Notes: a model not told the origin generated them from the sequence alone. Shown: positions 28,080 through 42,725, numbered from the stretch's first letter. The stretch: DNA of 64,000 nt from Octopus vulgaris (GCA_951406725.2 OX597819.1:133114001-133178000), one strand, 5' to 3'. Numbers and translations are program-made.

Positions 28080-28530
28080 GCAACACTAGCAGCCATATTT
28101 GTCAATGGATGTAGTGCACCAACTGACCCAACTCCAACAGGTCAGGGTCACTTCAATGACCTGCTAGCCAGCAACAAACAACATCCTCATTGATATCGTT
28201 ATCTGACCTAATTCCACCCAACACTACCGTGGCAAGCCAGGACTCACTACCACAACAACAAAAACAGTCTGCTACTGCTACTACATTGGAAGCACCGTGT
28301 ATGGCACCACTATTTGACCTGATTCCACCCAGCCCTACTGTTGCAAGACAAGTTTCATTGCCGCTACAGCAACAACAACAACAACAACAACAACAACAGT
28401 CTGCTACTGCTACTACAATAGGAACACTGACCAATGAGGCTGCCAATATAGACAAACCTCTACTATGTCCACATCAAAAACCCTGTCGTTACCATTGTCA
28501 AGGTAACTGCAGATTTGGCTCCAGCGGCAC
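28080..28530 (+). other. ORF fragment with a duplicated Pro/Gln/Thr repeat and a truncated CCCH-like finger; possible LINE ORF1 remnant
   Basis: ORF 28190-28654 has DLIPP.TVA.Q.SLP.QQ..SATATT twice, then KPCRYHCQGNCRFG. Confidence 0.35.
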
Positions 28531-29000
28531 CATTCTTCAGACTAGCTGTTCAGTTTCGCCTATTACCAGTGAGGACCGCTCGCTCGGCAAATATCGAGCA
28601 AATCCATCTGCCAGCATATATGTGTTTACCATAAAGATCCTATGGGTGATCTAGCGGAATGCTAATGCGTATATAGTAAATTAATATATCTGTTTATACT
28701 ACAACTAATAATAATGATAATAATGATGATTATATATATATACACACACACACACACAAAATTTAGAGGACTGACCACTTGCTTATTTTTACACTTTGTT
28801 TTTTTGCGGAATTTTTTTCTTGAGAATACATTCTTCGTAGAAAATGGCAATTATGACGTCTATATCTAGCATATAGGGTGTCCATTTTTTTTAGTAGTCA
28901 CTACTTTAAATTTTGTATGTAAGAAAACTTTTAATCTTCGGATGTTTCTAAAAATGCTAGGCCACTGGTTTTGATTGATTAATAGCAATTTCTACCCTTA

Positions 29001-29047
<47 letters not shown>

Positions 29048-29103
29048 TCTTTTACTCTTTTACTTGTTTCAGTCATTTGACTGCGGCCATGCTGGAGCAC
29101 CAC

Positions 29104-29142
<39 letters not shown>

Positions 29143-29160
29143 CAGCAAATTGAACATCAT

Positions 29161-29236
29161 CACTTACAGCTGTTTCAAATATACTCAGTGAATTAAATAT
29201 CAAGTCCATATTTCTGAGCATAATATCTTCAGAGGG
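29161..29236 (-). ncRNA. type I hammerhead ribozyme in a ~110-bp (TA)n-flanked module
   Basis: CCCT-CTGAAGA-T..TATGCTCAG...CTGAGTATA..T-GAAA-CAGCTG-TA-AGTG. Core intact, stem III palindromic, stem I has one mismatch. Confidence 0.7.
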
Positions 29237-29425
29237 AACAAAAATATACAAATATATATATATATATTTGTTTATAGATTCATTATAGCAGACTGAATGA
29301 TACTATTTATGATTTGTATTATGTGTGCAAGCGAAGGGTTTAAGCTTTGTTGGTAGTAAGATAGATATTCTTCTTCTTCTTCTTCTTCTTCTTCTTCTTC
29401 TTCTTCTTCTTCTTCTTCTTCTTCT

Positions 29426-29469
<44 letters not shown>

Positions 29470-29627
29470 TATATGAATATAAACAATAGGTTTCTAAATA
29501 CAAAACTACTATTTTAAGGAAATCAATTCTCCCGCCCCAAATATTAGGTAATGAACCAGTATATCCTTGCATGAAACCATCCCTTCATGAGGCTAAAATA
29601 ACCTCTAATCAAATTTTATATATATAA

Positions 29628-29679
<52 letters not shown>

Positions 29680-29744
29680 ATAAGTTGAGATGATGCCTTC
29701 TAGTATCTCAAAATTTAATATACAATTATTCATAATTGTAGTAT

Positions 29745-29835
29745 CCTACGCTGATGAGAAAAGAAGTTGGGTAAGGTAGAATTATCTAATTCTTATGCTT
29801 TCCTAAAACTTGATTTCGAAACGTACGTCCGTAGG
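29745..29835 (+). ncRNA. type I hammerhead ribozyme (intact)
   Basis: CCTACG-CTGATGA-GAAA..60-nt stem II..TTTC-GAAA-CGTACG-TC/CGTAGG. Perfect 6-bp stem I; predicted cleavage after 29829. Confidence 0.85.
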
Positions 29836-30328
29836 TGACTTAAAATTGTATGATAGATTGCCGTCATTTCATTCTCTCTTACCTGTCTGTGTTTGCCTTT
29901 CAAGTGCTGTGTTTTTACTGAGATCTCCCTTTTAGTAGAAAGAATAGCTATAACTCTTTGACTGCTATTTCTAAATTCGGTGTGTGGTGAGGCAATTCGT
30001 TGCTAAACCCTTAATTGCTTAGTATTACTTAAATTTTCCTCGAATGAGGCTTTTACATGCCGAAATCTACTTGGTGTAATTAATAATTATTCCTGATTAA
30101 TTAATTTCACCCCCTTTATTGTTACTGATAACCATATTTTATCCCAGTAAATGACCACAGCATCTTGTCTTGGCTACACGCGGGTGGAAAGGGGCTGGTG
30201 ACACAAACTTTCATCCACACTTTGAATTTCGTGGTACTGGTAATGCTTTAGCTCACTCTGACACTGAGTTGAGATGATGCCTTCTAGTATCTCAAAATTT
30301 AATATACAATTATTCATAATTGTAGTAT

Positions 30329-30419
30329 CCTACGCTGATGAGAAAAGAAGTTGGGTAAGGTAGAATTATCTAATTCTTATGCTTTCCTAAAACTTGATTT
30401 CGAAACGTACGTCCATAGG
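30329..30419 (+). ncRNA. type I hammerhead ribozyme, second tandem copy
   Basis: Identical to 29745-29835 except one stem I mismatch (CATAGG); predicted cleavage after 30413. Confidence 0.78.
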
Positions 30420-30467
30420 TGACTTAAAATTGTATGATAGAACTCTTTGACTGCTATTTCTAAATTC

Positions 30468-30524
<57 letters not shown>

Positions 30525-30544
30525 GCATACATACATATAAATAC

Positions 30545-31828
<1,284 letters not shown>

Positions 31829-34800
31829 ACACACTTAAACTCAAACTTACGCATGCGCACACAGAAACACACTCTCACACACATATATAACTTCGCCATT
31901 GTGACAGGGATATTTAATTTCTAAATATTTGTAACCGAAAAATGTCTATAAGAAGGTAGGAAGATGCAATGACTCCATCACTTTGAAGAGGTTTATTTTG
32001 TAAGATGGAAAAGAAAAAGTATGGAACAGTATATAGAATTATGATATGAACTGTGTTTGTAAATCTTGCCATTTCATCGATTGTATTCGAAAAAAAGAAC
32101 AAAAGATTTGTACAAGATAATGCCAAAACATTGTTGAGACGTGCATTATGCTACCAACTACTAAAAATGTGAAATATGTATTTTCCATTTGGAATAAATA
32201 TTGATTTTTTTCGTATTGTGCAGTTTAAAGTTATTGGAGCATTCAGCTATTCTAAAAAATAGGGGAATACGATACTAACCGATTTCCTGTTATTCCATCT
32301 ATTTCAAGCAACATACCGAAAAGAACACAATGCCATTTGCTGGTCAATACATAAAATAAGATAATATAGTGTCTCATAAGTGTTTGACGATATCATCTTA
32401 TTGGAAACTAGTGGAAAAGAATTACATCATAAAATTTCAGGGGGGGGGGGCAAAGCTGAAAGGGGTCTTGTTTAGGGTCTCTTTAATCATTTTTTCGAAT
32501 ATTTGGTTTTTATATAACAAGAATTTTTTTTGCAATATAATATCTTATTTCAGTCCTAAATCAATTGTTATTTTTTCTTTCTTTCATTAATATTTATATT
32601 TGCTGATATGACTGCATACGGTGGCAATTTCTTAATCTTTAATTTATTAAAAATCAATATCAACCTGACACAAATATCCGTGTATATGTAGCAATCTATC
32701 TATGGATTTGTTCATCTATCAACAAATATCTACGCATCTAACTATAAACGTATGCATATATACATCCAATACATAAAGATATTAACACAAAACACACACA
32801 CATATATAAACAAGCATTCTTGCAACCCGTACATAGTTCATATAAATACAGATAACAATATTTGTTGAAGTTCCATACAGTTACAAAGAGATTTGGGACA
32901 AAGCGGAGTCCATGCCTTCCGAAAGCCTTCAGATAAATGCCACTGAAGCAGAAGATTTATTGCCAGCCAATAGCTTTGCCAGACAAGGTACTGCTTTCGT
33001 AAAACAACGTGCTCAACATCCGCTCGTATAACATTCAGAAAAATGCAGGTAAGCAATTTGCGGGTCTAGTACACGATATCTCTCAGCTAGCCATTGCTGT
33101 AAGATTCGCTTGGACAGAAACGTCTGAAAGCTGTCTACATTGAGTCTTTAATTGCAAGACGTTCATCAGACGTAAGCGTGCGAAACGAAGTTGTTTACAT
33201 ATAAATACGTGTCCATGGACACTAAACTCTAAGTGGATCGTATTTAAAGTTAAAGTAGCAATAACTACACCCACCAACCAACCAACCAACCGACCAACCG
33301 ACTAACGTCGCGCGTGGATATAAAAAGAAAACAAAAGGGGTTTAATAAAACTACAGCTGTAGTTAATTTGAAAATGCATTGTTGTTCTTCTATCTATCTA
33401 TCTGTCTATCTCTGTGTATATATATATATATATTGCACATGCAACTAAGCACAGCCTTCCTTATAGTTTAAGACATGCCCGTGTATATGAGATGTATTCG
33501 TGCACTCAAGCGCTCCCAAGCACATAGAAAACACACACAAACGCGCACGCACAGACAAATACACACATATCCACACAAATATACGCACAGCCAAACAAAA
33601 AATATAAACGAATGCAGGTAGCGGACTAATTGAAGGGAGGGTCGTATATGGTGATTCACCGCTCCGTATAAGTGGAATGCAAGTAGATAACATGTATTCT
33701 AGTCAACGGAGATGTGTACAGTGGAGTCAGTGTTGCGAAATCGTTGGTAGCCCAGGAACAGCATAGAATGAAGTTTACTCACCATTGGCTTAATAAGGAT
33801 AATTACGTTTATTCTAATCGTCTACGAAATGCTCAAAATAACAACAGTGATGGTTGAGTGAAAATCTCATGTGATTCGATTCTTGGAAGGTGAACTCAAC
33901 AACATAAACAAAATAATATTAATGAAGTATAACTACAAAATATGAAATATGAAGTAATACGATATGATGTCATATAATAGAAATAGAACTATTATATATT
34001 GTAACAGGCACATTTCGACCAATCTTGAATCCTACATGAACACATATAATTACTAATATGAATAGGCACATACACATGCATACATACATCATACGTACAT
34101 ACATGTCTACCTACATACCTATATACATACATACATACATACATACATACATACATACATACATACAGAGACGTAGATATATCTCAATGTCATATATACA
34201 CGTAGATATATCTCAATACATGCATGTACACACACACACACACACACACACACGAACACATACACACACACATATATTTGTCACATACACATCCGTTTAA
34301 TACCTTATATGGTCATCACTCATTGAAACTGACCTTTCTGTCTAATTAAAATACTAGTAAATACACGAACAAGTTGCTTCATATCTCTCGGAGAGCATTC
34401 TGGAATTCACTTTAAAATTGCACCCTGTATATTAGGCATAAAGCACTTTCATTAAAATTCATATCTTAATTCATACGTTTCTATGTAGGCTTTCAATTGT
34501 TAAGCTTAAAAATCACAAACTTGCAAATTAAATCAAAATATATTTCATTATTAATTTAATCTATATTTGGCATCTCTTCTACTCCATTTGAGTGTCTCAA
34601 TGTGGGGCACATTCTTTTCTAATCGCTTTCCTTATAATGCAACCAACTATGATTGAAAAAGAATGAAATTTATTAAACGTTGTTCTCAGGAAAAGGAAAC
34701 CTTTGGATAAATATAGCTTTGTTCTTTTAACGTTTCTTTCGCTCTAACACATAAACCATATTATGAAAACGCATCAGTTATTCTGTTCTTGAAGTAATGA

Positions 34801-35433
34801 AACAGACAGAAACAAAAAACTCGAAACAGGAATAATGGGAATTTATGAGATTTATAAGAATCTTAACGGTATTAGTAATGAAGAGAAATTATTTTAGCAA
34901 GGAACAGAAATACATTTAACTGATGGTCATCAACAGTAAAATCTATTGAAATATTTTGATATATTTTAAAACTAATTCAGTACACGTGTTGCCAGTGAGT
35001 AATTAAAACGATATCAGGTGATAATTGCTTAGTAGTTCCGTTCAAAATTTTATTCCGTATGTAAAACGTGGAGAGAAATTTAAGTTTATCAGCATTTTAT
35101 GTAAACATCAACGAAAGAAGTGTTTAAATAAAATGATTCTAAATAATAGAAAGTTGTGATGCAGCGACTGAATAAAAGATTAAAGTATTTAGGAAAGAAG
35201 AGAAATAAAAATAATGGAACATAATGCTCATCTCATTTACCTAATACAGACAGGGTTGTTCTTATTTCGAGGCCCGTCTTTGTGAAACGTTTCACTGGCT
35301 TTACTATAAAACAGATTATCTAGAAATGGATACATGCTGAATAGCAATCACAGAACTAATAGAAACACATAATTTCTAAATATATGTGTGTGTATGTTTG
35401 TATGTGCGCGTGTACTTGTGTTAATGTGTGCAC

Positions 35434-35796
<363 letters not shown>

Positions 35797-36007
35797 ATTT
35801 GAAATAGAAAGATGAATAATCTTGTAGTAGATTAATCAAATGTTTAACCGATACCTTAGTAGCAAAAATCACAGCAGTAAACAGCACGGTTGGAGGTACA
35901 ACCATATGGTGTTGCAACCGTGCGTTGGTGCGGATAATTGAAATTAAAACATTATTGGTGAATTGAAGAAATGGAGCTGAACGCAGATTGAACAGAAATC
36001 GTTTTAT

Positions 36008-36094
36008 TTCATTCTACACGTGTTTCGAAAGGCACAAATTACCAAAATCCGATTGAATAATGGGACCATATTGTGTCTTTCTCTTCAGGAAGAA
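36008..36094 (-). ncRNA. type I hammerhead ribozyme (left palindrome arm)
   Basis: Mirror image of 36164-36250. Confidence 0.78.
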
Positions 36095-36163
36095 AATAGG
36101 AAATCCGTTGGAAAAACAAAAACAGAACAGTTCTGTTTTTGTTTTTCCAACGGATTTCCTATT

Positions 36164-36250
36164 TTCTTCCTGAAGAGAAAGACACAATATGGTCCCATTA
36201 TTCAATCGGATTTTGGTAATTTGTGCCTTTCGAAACACGTGTAGAATGAA
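36164..36250 (+). ncRNA. type I hammerhead ribozyme (right palindrome arm)
   Basis: TTCTTC-CTGAAGA-GAAAGACACAA...TTGTGCCTTTC-GAAA-CACGTG-TA/GAATGAA; predicted cleavage after 36243. Confidence 0.8.
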
Positions 36251-36309
36251 ATAAAACGATTTCTGTTCAATCTGCGTTCAGCTCCATTTCTTCAATTCAC
36301 CAATAATGT

Positions 36310-36388
<79 letters not shown>

Positions 36389-38277
36389 GTATAATTAAGA
36401 GAAATAACCTCTAAGTAATTCAATAGTGAACCGGTGGCTGTAAGGAGTGTATCGTCCTCGTACAGGCCTCCGGAGAGTTGTGGAATTGCTGATAAGCCTC
36501 AGAAAGAAGGAAAAGGCAGACCAGGTCAGCAACCTGGGTGGAGTTGTAACAGTCCAAAGTTATACGAAATAAATCCACAAATCAGTTGTGGGACAATTCC
36601 TTGTTACTGAAGTAAATAAGTGTTTTCACAGTCGCCACGGTGATGTCGATGTCAGATCGGGAGTTAGGTGTGTACTGTCATAGTAAAGAAAAACACGAGG
36701 AACTTTTTGAACAGTTATCTGAGCAGACGCATCTGAGCAAATAATGCGTGATAATTGATTGTACAGCATGTCACCTGTAAGGAACCGGCGCATGATGAAT
36801 CAAAATAATCGTAGGGATTCTGAATACAAGACTCTCGTGAATTCCATCATCTCTCTCATCATTTTAAATAAACTCTGCTGACACAAAGGAATTTCTGGAG
36901 TAAATTCAGTGTCTTAAGCCTCCACAGTGTTGTTTACATCAGGTAGCCGGATACTGTAGACAGGCTTTAATCAGCATACTACAAGGTCTCTACCCCAATA
37001 TGAATTCACTACTACACACACACACACACACACACACATACATTCGAGAGGAAGTGTATGTTTTGCTTTGTATATTACACTGAAAAACTGAACATAGACA
37101 TTAATCCGACAAGAAAGATAAGCAATCAAGGAATTAACTTCAGTGGGAATAACAGCAATAATCTCCATTATTTATTCTGTATAATTATGCAATCCCTTTT
37201 CCCCGTCATGTTATGCAAGTTCCCTTCAAAGTCTTGATCAGGAAATAGAAATACCTAATACTGTTCAAATGCGATTGATTACTTTTCTTTTATCTCAACA
37301 CTCAATATAATGTATTCCTTCACCGACTGTGATAAAACATCGACTTATTACCATACATGTTCCTACAACGTTGGAATTATAGATTTTTCCCCCTTCCGGA
37401 TAACTGATTTATTACTGCGCTGCTATCATATATTATCTCCAAGATAGTCTATTTGTTTGTGGTTTCTGTGTGAATATAACTGAATCATCGGCTTTTATTT
37501 TAATATAAAGACCGGCACATAAACAACTTTCAAGTGCTTACCAATGCTGTTGTCAAGAAATGAAATGCTATCTCACAGATTTAAGAAAAGAATTTATCCA
37601 TTTCTCTCCCAAGTTTTCAAACAGCATACGAATAATTCAGCAGAAATTAAACGATAGAAAGCGGGTAGAGTCGCCTACAGGAGAAAAGGTACTTAATTTC
37701 CAACTTCAGTCCTTCTTGATGAAACGGTCATCCTTTTTATATTATACGTGACCTGAGAAACTTTGATGTTTAATCGAATAATTTTCTCAATGAATGCATA
37801 AAACATCAAATAACGAACAAGAAAGAAGAAGCTAATCAACACAATGCCTTCCACCGAAGGCGTTTGTAGCAAAAAGTAAGCAGAGAACATTATAGATCTG
37901 TTTTGTTGATATCTCTTGCTGGAACAACAACTTTAACGCAAATATATATCAGAAGAATGAACAGCAAACAATTGCCCTGAATCTAAAGGAATAGAACACC
38001 TCGAAATCAACCGACTCTCTTAGAACAACAACAACAAAAATCGCTATATATAGAGAGAGATGAATTGTTTCAAGGGAGATTCAAAGAAAATATGTACATG
38101 CATAAAGACATGCATACATACACATACATATATATATATATACACATACACATACATACATAGATATATACATACATACTCTCTCTCTATATATAAACCT
38201 AATGGACCGCATATACTTGACGTATATTGGTCGCGAATGTTTATTTCACTAGCACTGCTTCTATTTCATATTTGAAA

Positions 38278-38340
<63 letters not shown>

Positions 38341-38469
38341 ATGTGTGTGTGTGTGCATACTTAAAAATAGATGCGCGGCATTCAATTAAATAATCATAAT
38401 AATAAATAATATATCTATATGTGAATATATAATTATACACATACGCATGTATGTATGTATGTATGTATG

Positions 38470-38504
<35 letters not shown>

Positions 38505-38508
<4 letters not shown>

Positions 38509-38790
38509 GTACAGGACGTCACCAACTGTGAAAAACGAAATGAAAGACGCAAACGAGTTAAATACGTAAAAACGAGAGAAAATAAATAAAACAGGACAAG
38601 TAAACTCAGAGAAAGGAGCCCCTCCCACACACCATCAGTTGCCGGCTGTCTATCCACTCTTCACTTTGTGCATTCAACGACAATATCGGTCTTCAAAGAC
38701 AGCTGCTCCTATAAATTCTAAAATAAAATTTAGGACCCATGGAAGGTCAAAGTTGGGAACAAAAACAGGACAGTGGAAACACAGATATAT
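38505..38790. mobile_element. (TA)n-anchored interspersed repeat, unclassified
   Basis: Terminus ATGGGTACAGGACGTC is the near reverse complement of GACGTCCTCTACCCAT at about 27742-27757; both abut (TA)n-rich runs. Confidence 0.45.
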
Positions 38791-39377
38791 ATAGAATATT
38801 CTAGACGTAGAATTCTATGTCTTAGTGCAGCTGAGGGTTGCTCTGCATTTAAATTGATGTAATGGTTGCATTGTTCAATTAAATGGACTTGCATGAAACG
38901 ATCGTACTGCATTACTTCTGGATATCCTTGTTGCCTAATTTGATTATATATCTGCGGTGGTGCCCCAGCATGGCCGCGGCCTTCGGGCTAAAACATTTCA
39001 AAGGATTTTAAGGATTTATATATATATATATATATATATATAAATGTCGAAAGATGAGAACGAGTGCTCAACACTGCATTGGTGGCTTGATTTACTTCAA
39101 ATCTACCATTTGTTTTATGCTACAAAATGTCTTAGTACCAGATCACTAAAATTCCATACTTTACCCTTTCACACACATCTCTTTCCCTTATGCCTATCTA
39201 AATATACGCATACACTCTATACATGAGCACATACCCTGATACCCTGCTGCCTTGTCCCATATAGTCTCACGCATAGAATCGCACTTTCACAGAACCCTGA
39301 CTTGCCATCCATTTTTTACTTTCCTAGAGCAACCTTTCTCCTCACACTTTTCTCTTATACTTTCCTCCTATACTTTT

Positions 39378-39410
39378 GTTCTGATGAATGACGTGTGTCC
39401 GAAGCGTTGT
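39378..39410 (+). ncRNA. degenerate minimal hammerhead-like motif
   Basis: CTGATGA-ATGAC-GTGT-GTCC-GAAG-CG-TT; GAAA mutated and stem I poor. Confidence 0.3.
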
Positions 39411-40427
39411 CTCTTTCTGTTTATGTTTTTATGATAACACATTATCTATTAATATTCGTTCTTCTGTGCTATCGTCTTTCATTTTGTATTATTGATTTTA
39501 TAACAGACATATATACACAGAGATGCATAGACACACACTCACATACAAACATACATATACATACATATGTTAATATGATGGAAGAATAGGAGAAAAGAGA
39601 GAAAGGTTGGGAGGAGTACTTTTGTTTGTTTATAAATTTTTCATACAAATTCACTATTTCCCGTGCTATACCTTGCTAATAACAATGGTTTGGTTCGAGA
39701 TTAAAAAGTTCAATATAATTTAGTCTCTTTACTAAAGCTTAACTTCATTTCATGGCGATCGCTAAATTTTTTCGCATTTCCTTCAATCTTCCTTAATAAA
39801 TAATAATTTCCGCTGTTACACATTATTGATTCCTAAGCCTATAATCGGCAGCATAATATTTTTTAATTTTATTTATTCTTTCACCAGGACAGAGTCAAGT
39901 GCATATAGAGGACATAGCCCGAGAAAATACTGTGTACTTGCCTTGTATTTATATTTATAGATCTCTAAAGAGATTTGGGGAATGGCAATTTCTGCCGGAA
40001 TTTATATGCGTAAGGCAAATTAACATAATTAAATAATACAGAATATATATTCTGGCAAAACACTTTCACAATAATAATGAATTTGTTGCATCGATGGACT
40101 GAATTTAAATTAGAAAATGATTGGCAATTATTTCGTATATCCGACGAAGTCTGAAAGAGAGTCGACATCGTTGGGATTTGAAATGTTAACGGAACAGAAC
40201 TAAATTGTAAAATGAATTAAGACAAGCGATGTCATCTAATCAGTGCTGCTCACAATTCACTGGCTTTTGTAGACATTCGCAGGATATTAAATACTCACCA
40301 GTTATTTGTTGGCTCGGGAAGGAATACATTAAGCTAAGATCTTTTACATTTGAACTCAAAATGTTTATTGTCACTATTTCCGTTGCTTAATTATTTCACC
40401 ATAAGAATAAAAATGATTTGTTTCAGA

Positions 40428-40626
40428 GTTAGCTGGTAGAATGGTTAGCACGCTGGGGAAAATGATTAACGGCATCTACGTTCTGAGTTCAAATCGCCCC
40501 GAGGTCGACTTTGTCTTTCGTCCTTTGGTTGCCGATAAAATAAATACCTGTTGAGCGCTGGGGTTGATGTAATCAACTTACCCATCTCCCGCAGAAATTG
40601 CTGGCCTTGTGCCAAAATTTGAAACC
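40428..40626 (+). mobile_element. tRNA-derived SINE (same family as 666)
   Basis: AGCTGGTAGAATGGTTAGCACGC head, GTTCTGAGTTCAAATC, and GGCCTTGTGCCAAAATTTGAAACC tail. Confidence 0.8.
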
Positions 40627-40840
40627 AATATATGTACAGGTATACACACTTTTACAGGTGGCGGTCAACTATTTTGACTCCAGTTTTAGACTGGAATTCA
40701 TTTGGGAAGAATGAAAAAGTAAATGTTGCAAGGATTCGAACTCAGAATCTCTAAGTTGACGTAATTAAAGCGCCTAAAAGACTTTTCCGCTGACAATCAT
40801 TTTATTGCCATTAAGATATGAATGACAAGCTTGATGAAAA

Positions 40841-41007
40841 TTCCTTTCTGCTCTAGGCACAAAGCTCGAAATTTGTGGGAAGGGGGCCAGTCGATTAGAT
40901 TGACCCCTGTACACAAATGGTACTTAATTTATCAACCCCGAATTGATTAAAGGCATTGTCGACCTCGGCAGAATTTGAACTCAGAACGTAAAGACAGACG
41001 AAATACC
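40841..41007 (-). mobile_element. SINE 3' portion beginning exactly at GGTATTTCGTCTG
   Basis: Reverse complement of 899-1066; the head is replaced by the Tx1-type LINE. Confidence 0.8.
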
Positions 41008-42725
41008 AATTTATTTACTGTCCACCGAGGGCCAAACATAGAAATGGACAGAACAACTGATGGGATCAGTAAAGCGATGATTTTACATATAATGTGACTT
41101 TAAAAATTTAAATACAACATAAAAAGATCGAAAGAAATTAACAATACAAAGACAATACAAAGGAAGCGCTGATCAGGCCACGCTCCGACCCCATAAGCCC
41201 CGATCTATCGCTGGTATCTTTTTTTGCTGTTCTTTTTTTCCGTCTGCTTCACATGGTTCCTTGCACGCACAGCACTCGTGCAACATGCTTCCATTTTTTT
41301 TTAACACACTCCCCGACATGCATCTCTTCTCCAGCCAAACCTTCCTTTTCAAGTGAAAAGTGAAGAACGAGCTTAACTCGTGGCCGGAGATAAAGTTACC
41401 CGTCTTAATCCCTTTTATCTAGTCTTCCATTCTGCCACTTTTGCTATTGCAACAACAGTGAGAAAACAATTCTTGCCTTCATTTGTTAAAAATTCCGGTG
41501 GGTCAATTTTTTATAATGTACCCAGTCGAAAGTTGTACTCTTTCTTCGCCGGACAACAGGTGTTCAGCATAAACCCACATTTCAGATATCTCCGGGCACT
41601 GGAAAATAGTGTGAGGGACGGTTTCCCTATCCACCCCACTGCATCTTGGACAGGAGGGTAAGACTTTCCATGTCTTGCGAGTTTATCCCAAACGAACAAA
41701 GCGCCTCTGTAACATTGCCAGGTCAAGAACTTTTGGAAATTGTCCAACGTTCTCAACCTGAATGTACGGTGGAACAAGCTATCGAGTTGAATATACCCGA
41801 GACCTAGAGTCGCACCCAGGCCATCGTCACATTCAGACTCTACCAACCCACTATATAAAAAACGTGTAAAACCCCCACCACTGGCGTTGCTCGAGCGTCG
41901 GAAGAGCAGGAGGGCCTTGCGACACTCCATATGCCACTTACTCGACCTCGGTCTACTAGAACACCAGGCTTCCTGTTTGCAAAATCTTTTGATCTCGGGG
42001 AACATTTGTCTGGCTAACGGAGACCACACCCGTTCACCATCCAGGAGAATCCAGATATGCCCCAACCTCAACGCATGCCTGCGCATCATTAACCAAGGCA
42101 TCCCTAAATCTCCCTTTCACGGCTTCTGACAACAGATAGAGCGTCTCACAAGTGGTGACTTGCCCTTCCACAAAAAGCGAAAGAGCTGCCTCTCCAACCT
42201 GATCACCCATCAAGCACATAGGGAATTCTTGGTATTCTAACCTTAGACGTTCTCATCCCTATGTAAATTGGGATTAATATTGTCTTCCGACTCTAATAAT
42301 TTTACTGAGTGTTGTTGTGCCATTTCTGCGTTCTTGAACCTCACCACGATGGTTCCAAACTTCTTCCCTCTGGCTAGGTATGTAATGTCCTGCCAGATGG
42401 GTTTTAAACACTTTTCAATTTTTTGCTCACATATCTTATCAATTTCGCGAGCTTTTAAGCAGAATGTCTTAAAAATAATAATTTCCACTTTTACCACTTC
42501 ATCTCTTTCTCTTATCATTTCCTAGTATTTTAGTAATTCTTTTTTGCCAGTTGACACCTGTCGTATTCCACTACCATCTACCGATGCAAAACTTTTTCTT
42601 TCTTCATTTTGAATGGTCTTTGCTTCTATATTTCTTTTGGTATCCGTAACTTTTGGTAATGCAGGGAATTCGCTTTTCGAAACATCAGAAACTTTATCAA
42701 AAATCAAACTTTCTATCTTCCTCGC
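41008..42725 (-). mobile_element. internally deleted L1/Tx1-type LINE (probable ORF1 N-terminus joined to ORF2 C-terminus)
   Basis: Minus-strand frames give FRFLWKGKSPLVRRSICCQKP.KGDLGMPWL.MRRHALRL and DNFQKFLTWQCYRGAL.V.DKL.RHG (L1/Tx1 post-RT, zf-RVT-like region). ORFs 42243-42707 look ORF1-like. APE and RT core are absent. Confidence 0.72.

Larger units (their letters stand above)
29683..30470 (+). mobile_element. non-coding tandem direct-repeat element (584-bp period), retrozyme-like or Penelope pLTR-like
   Basis: 29683-29856 is repeated at 30267-30440, and AACTCTTTGACTGCTATTTCTAAATTCGGT recurs at 29953 and 30441. Each repeat contains a hammerhead. Both ends abut (TA)n. Confidence 0.8.
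35948..36310. repeat. perfect 363-bp palindrome (181-bp arms, 1-nt spacer at 36129)
   Basis: The arms read as exact reverse complements. The ORF track gives mirror-image ORFs that differ only at the centre codon. Confidence 0.95.

Noticed and set aside
32850-33056. Possible host exon ending in CAG/GTAAGC
   Set aside because: Good donor-like site and a short open frame, but no recognisable protein or convincing acceptor; needs RNA-seq.
36014-36244. Identical 74-aa ORFs on both strands
   Set aside because: A consequence of the perfect palindrome, not genes.
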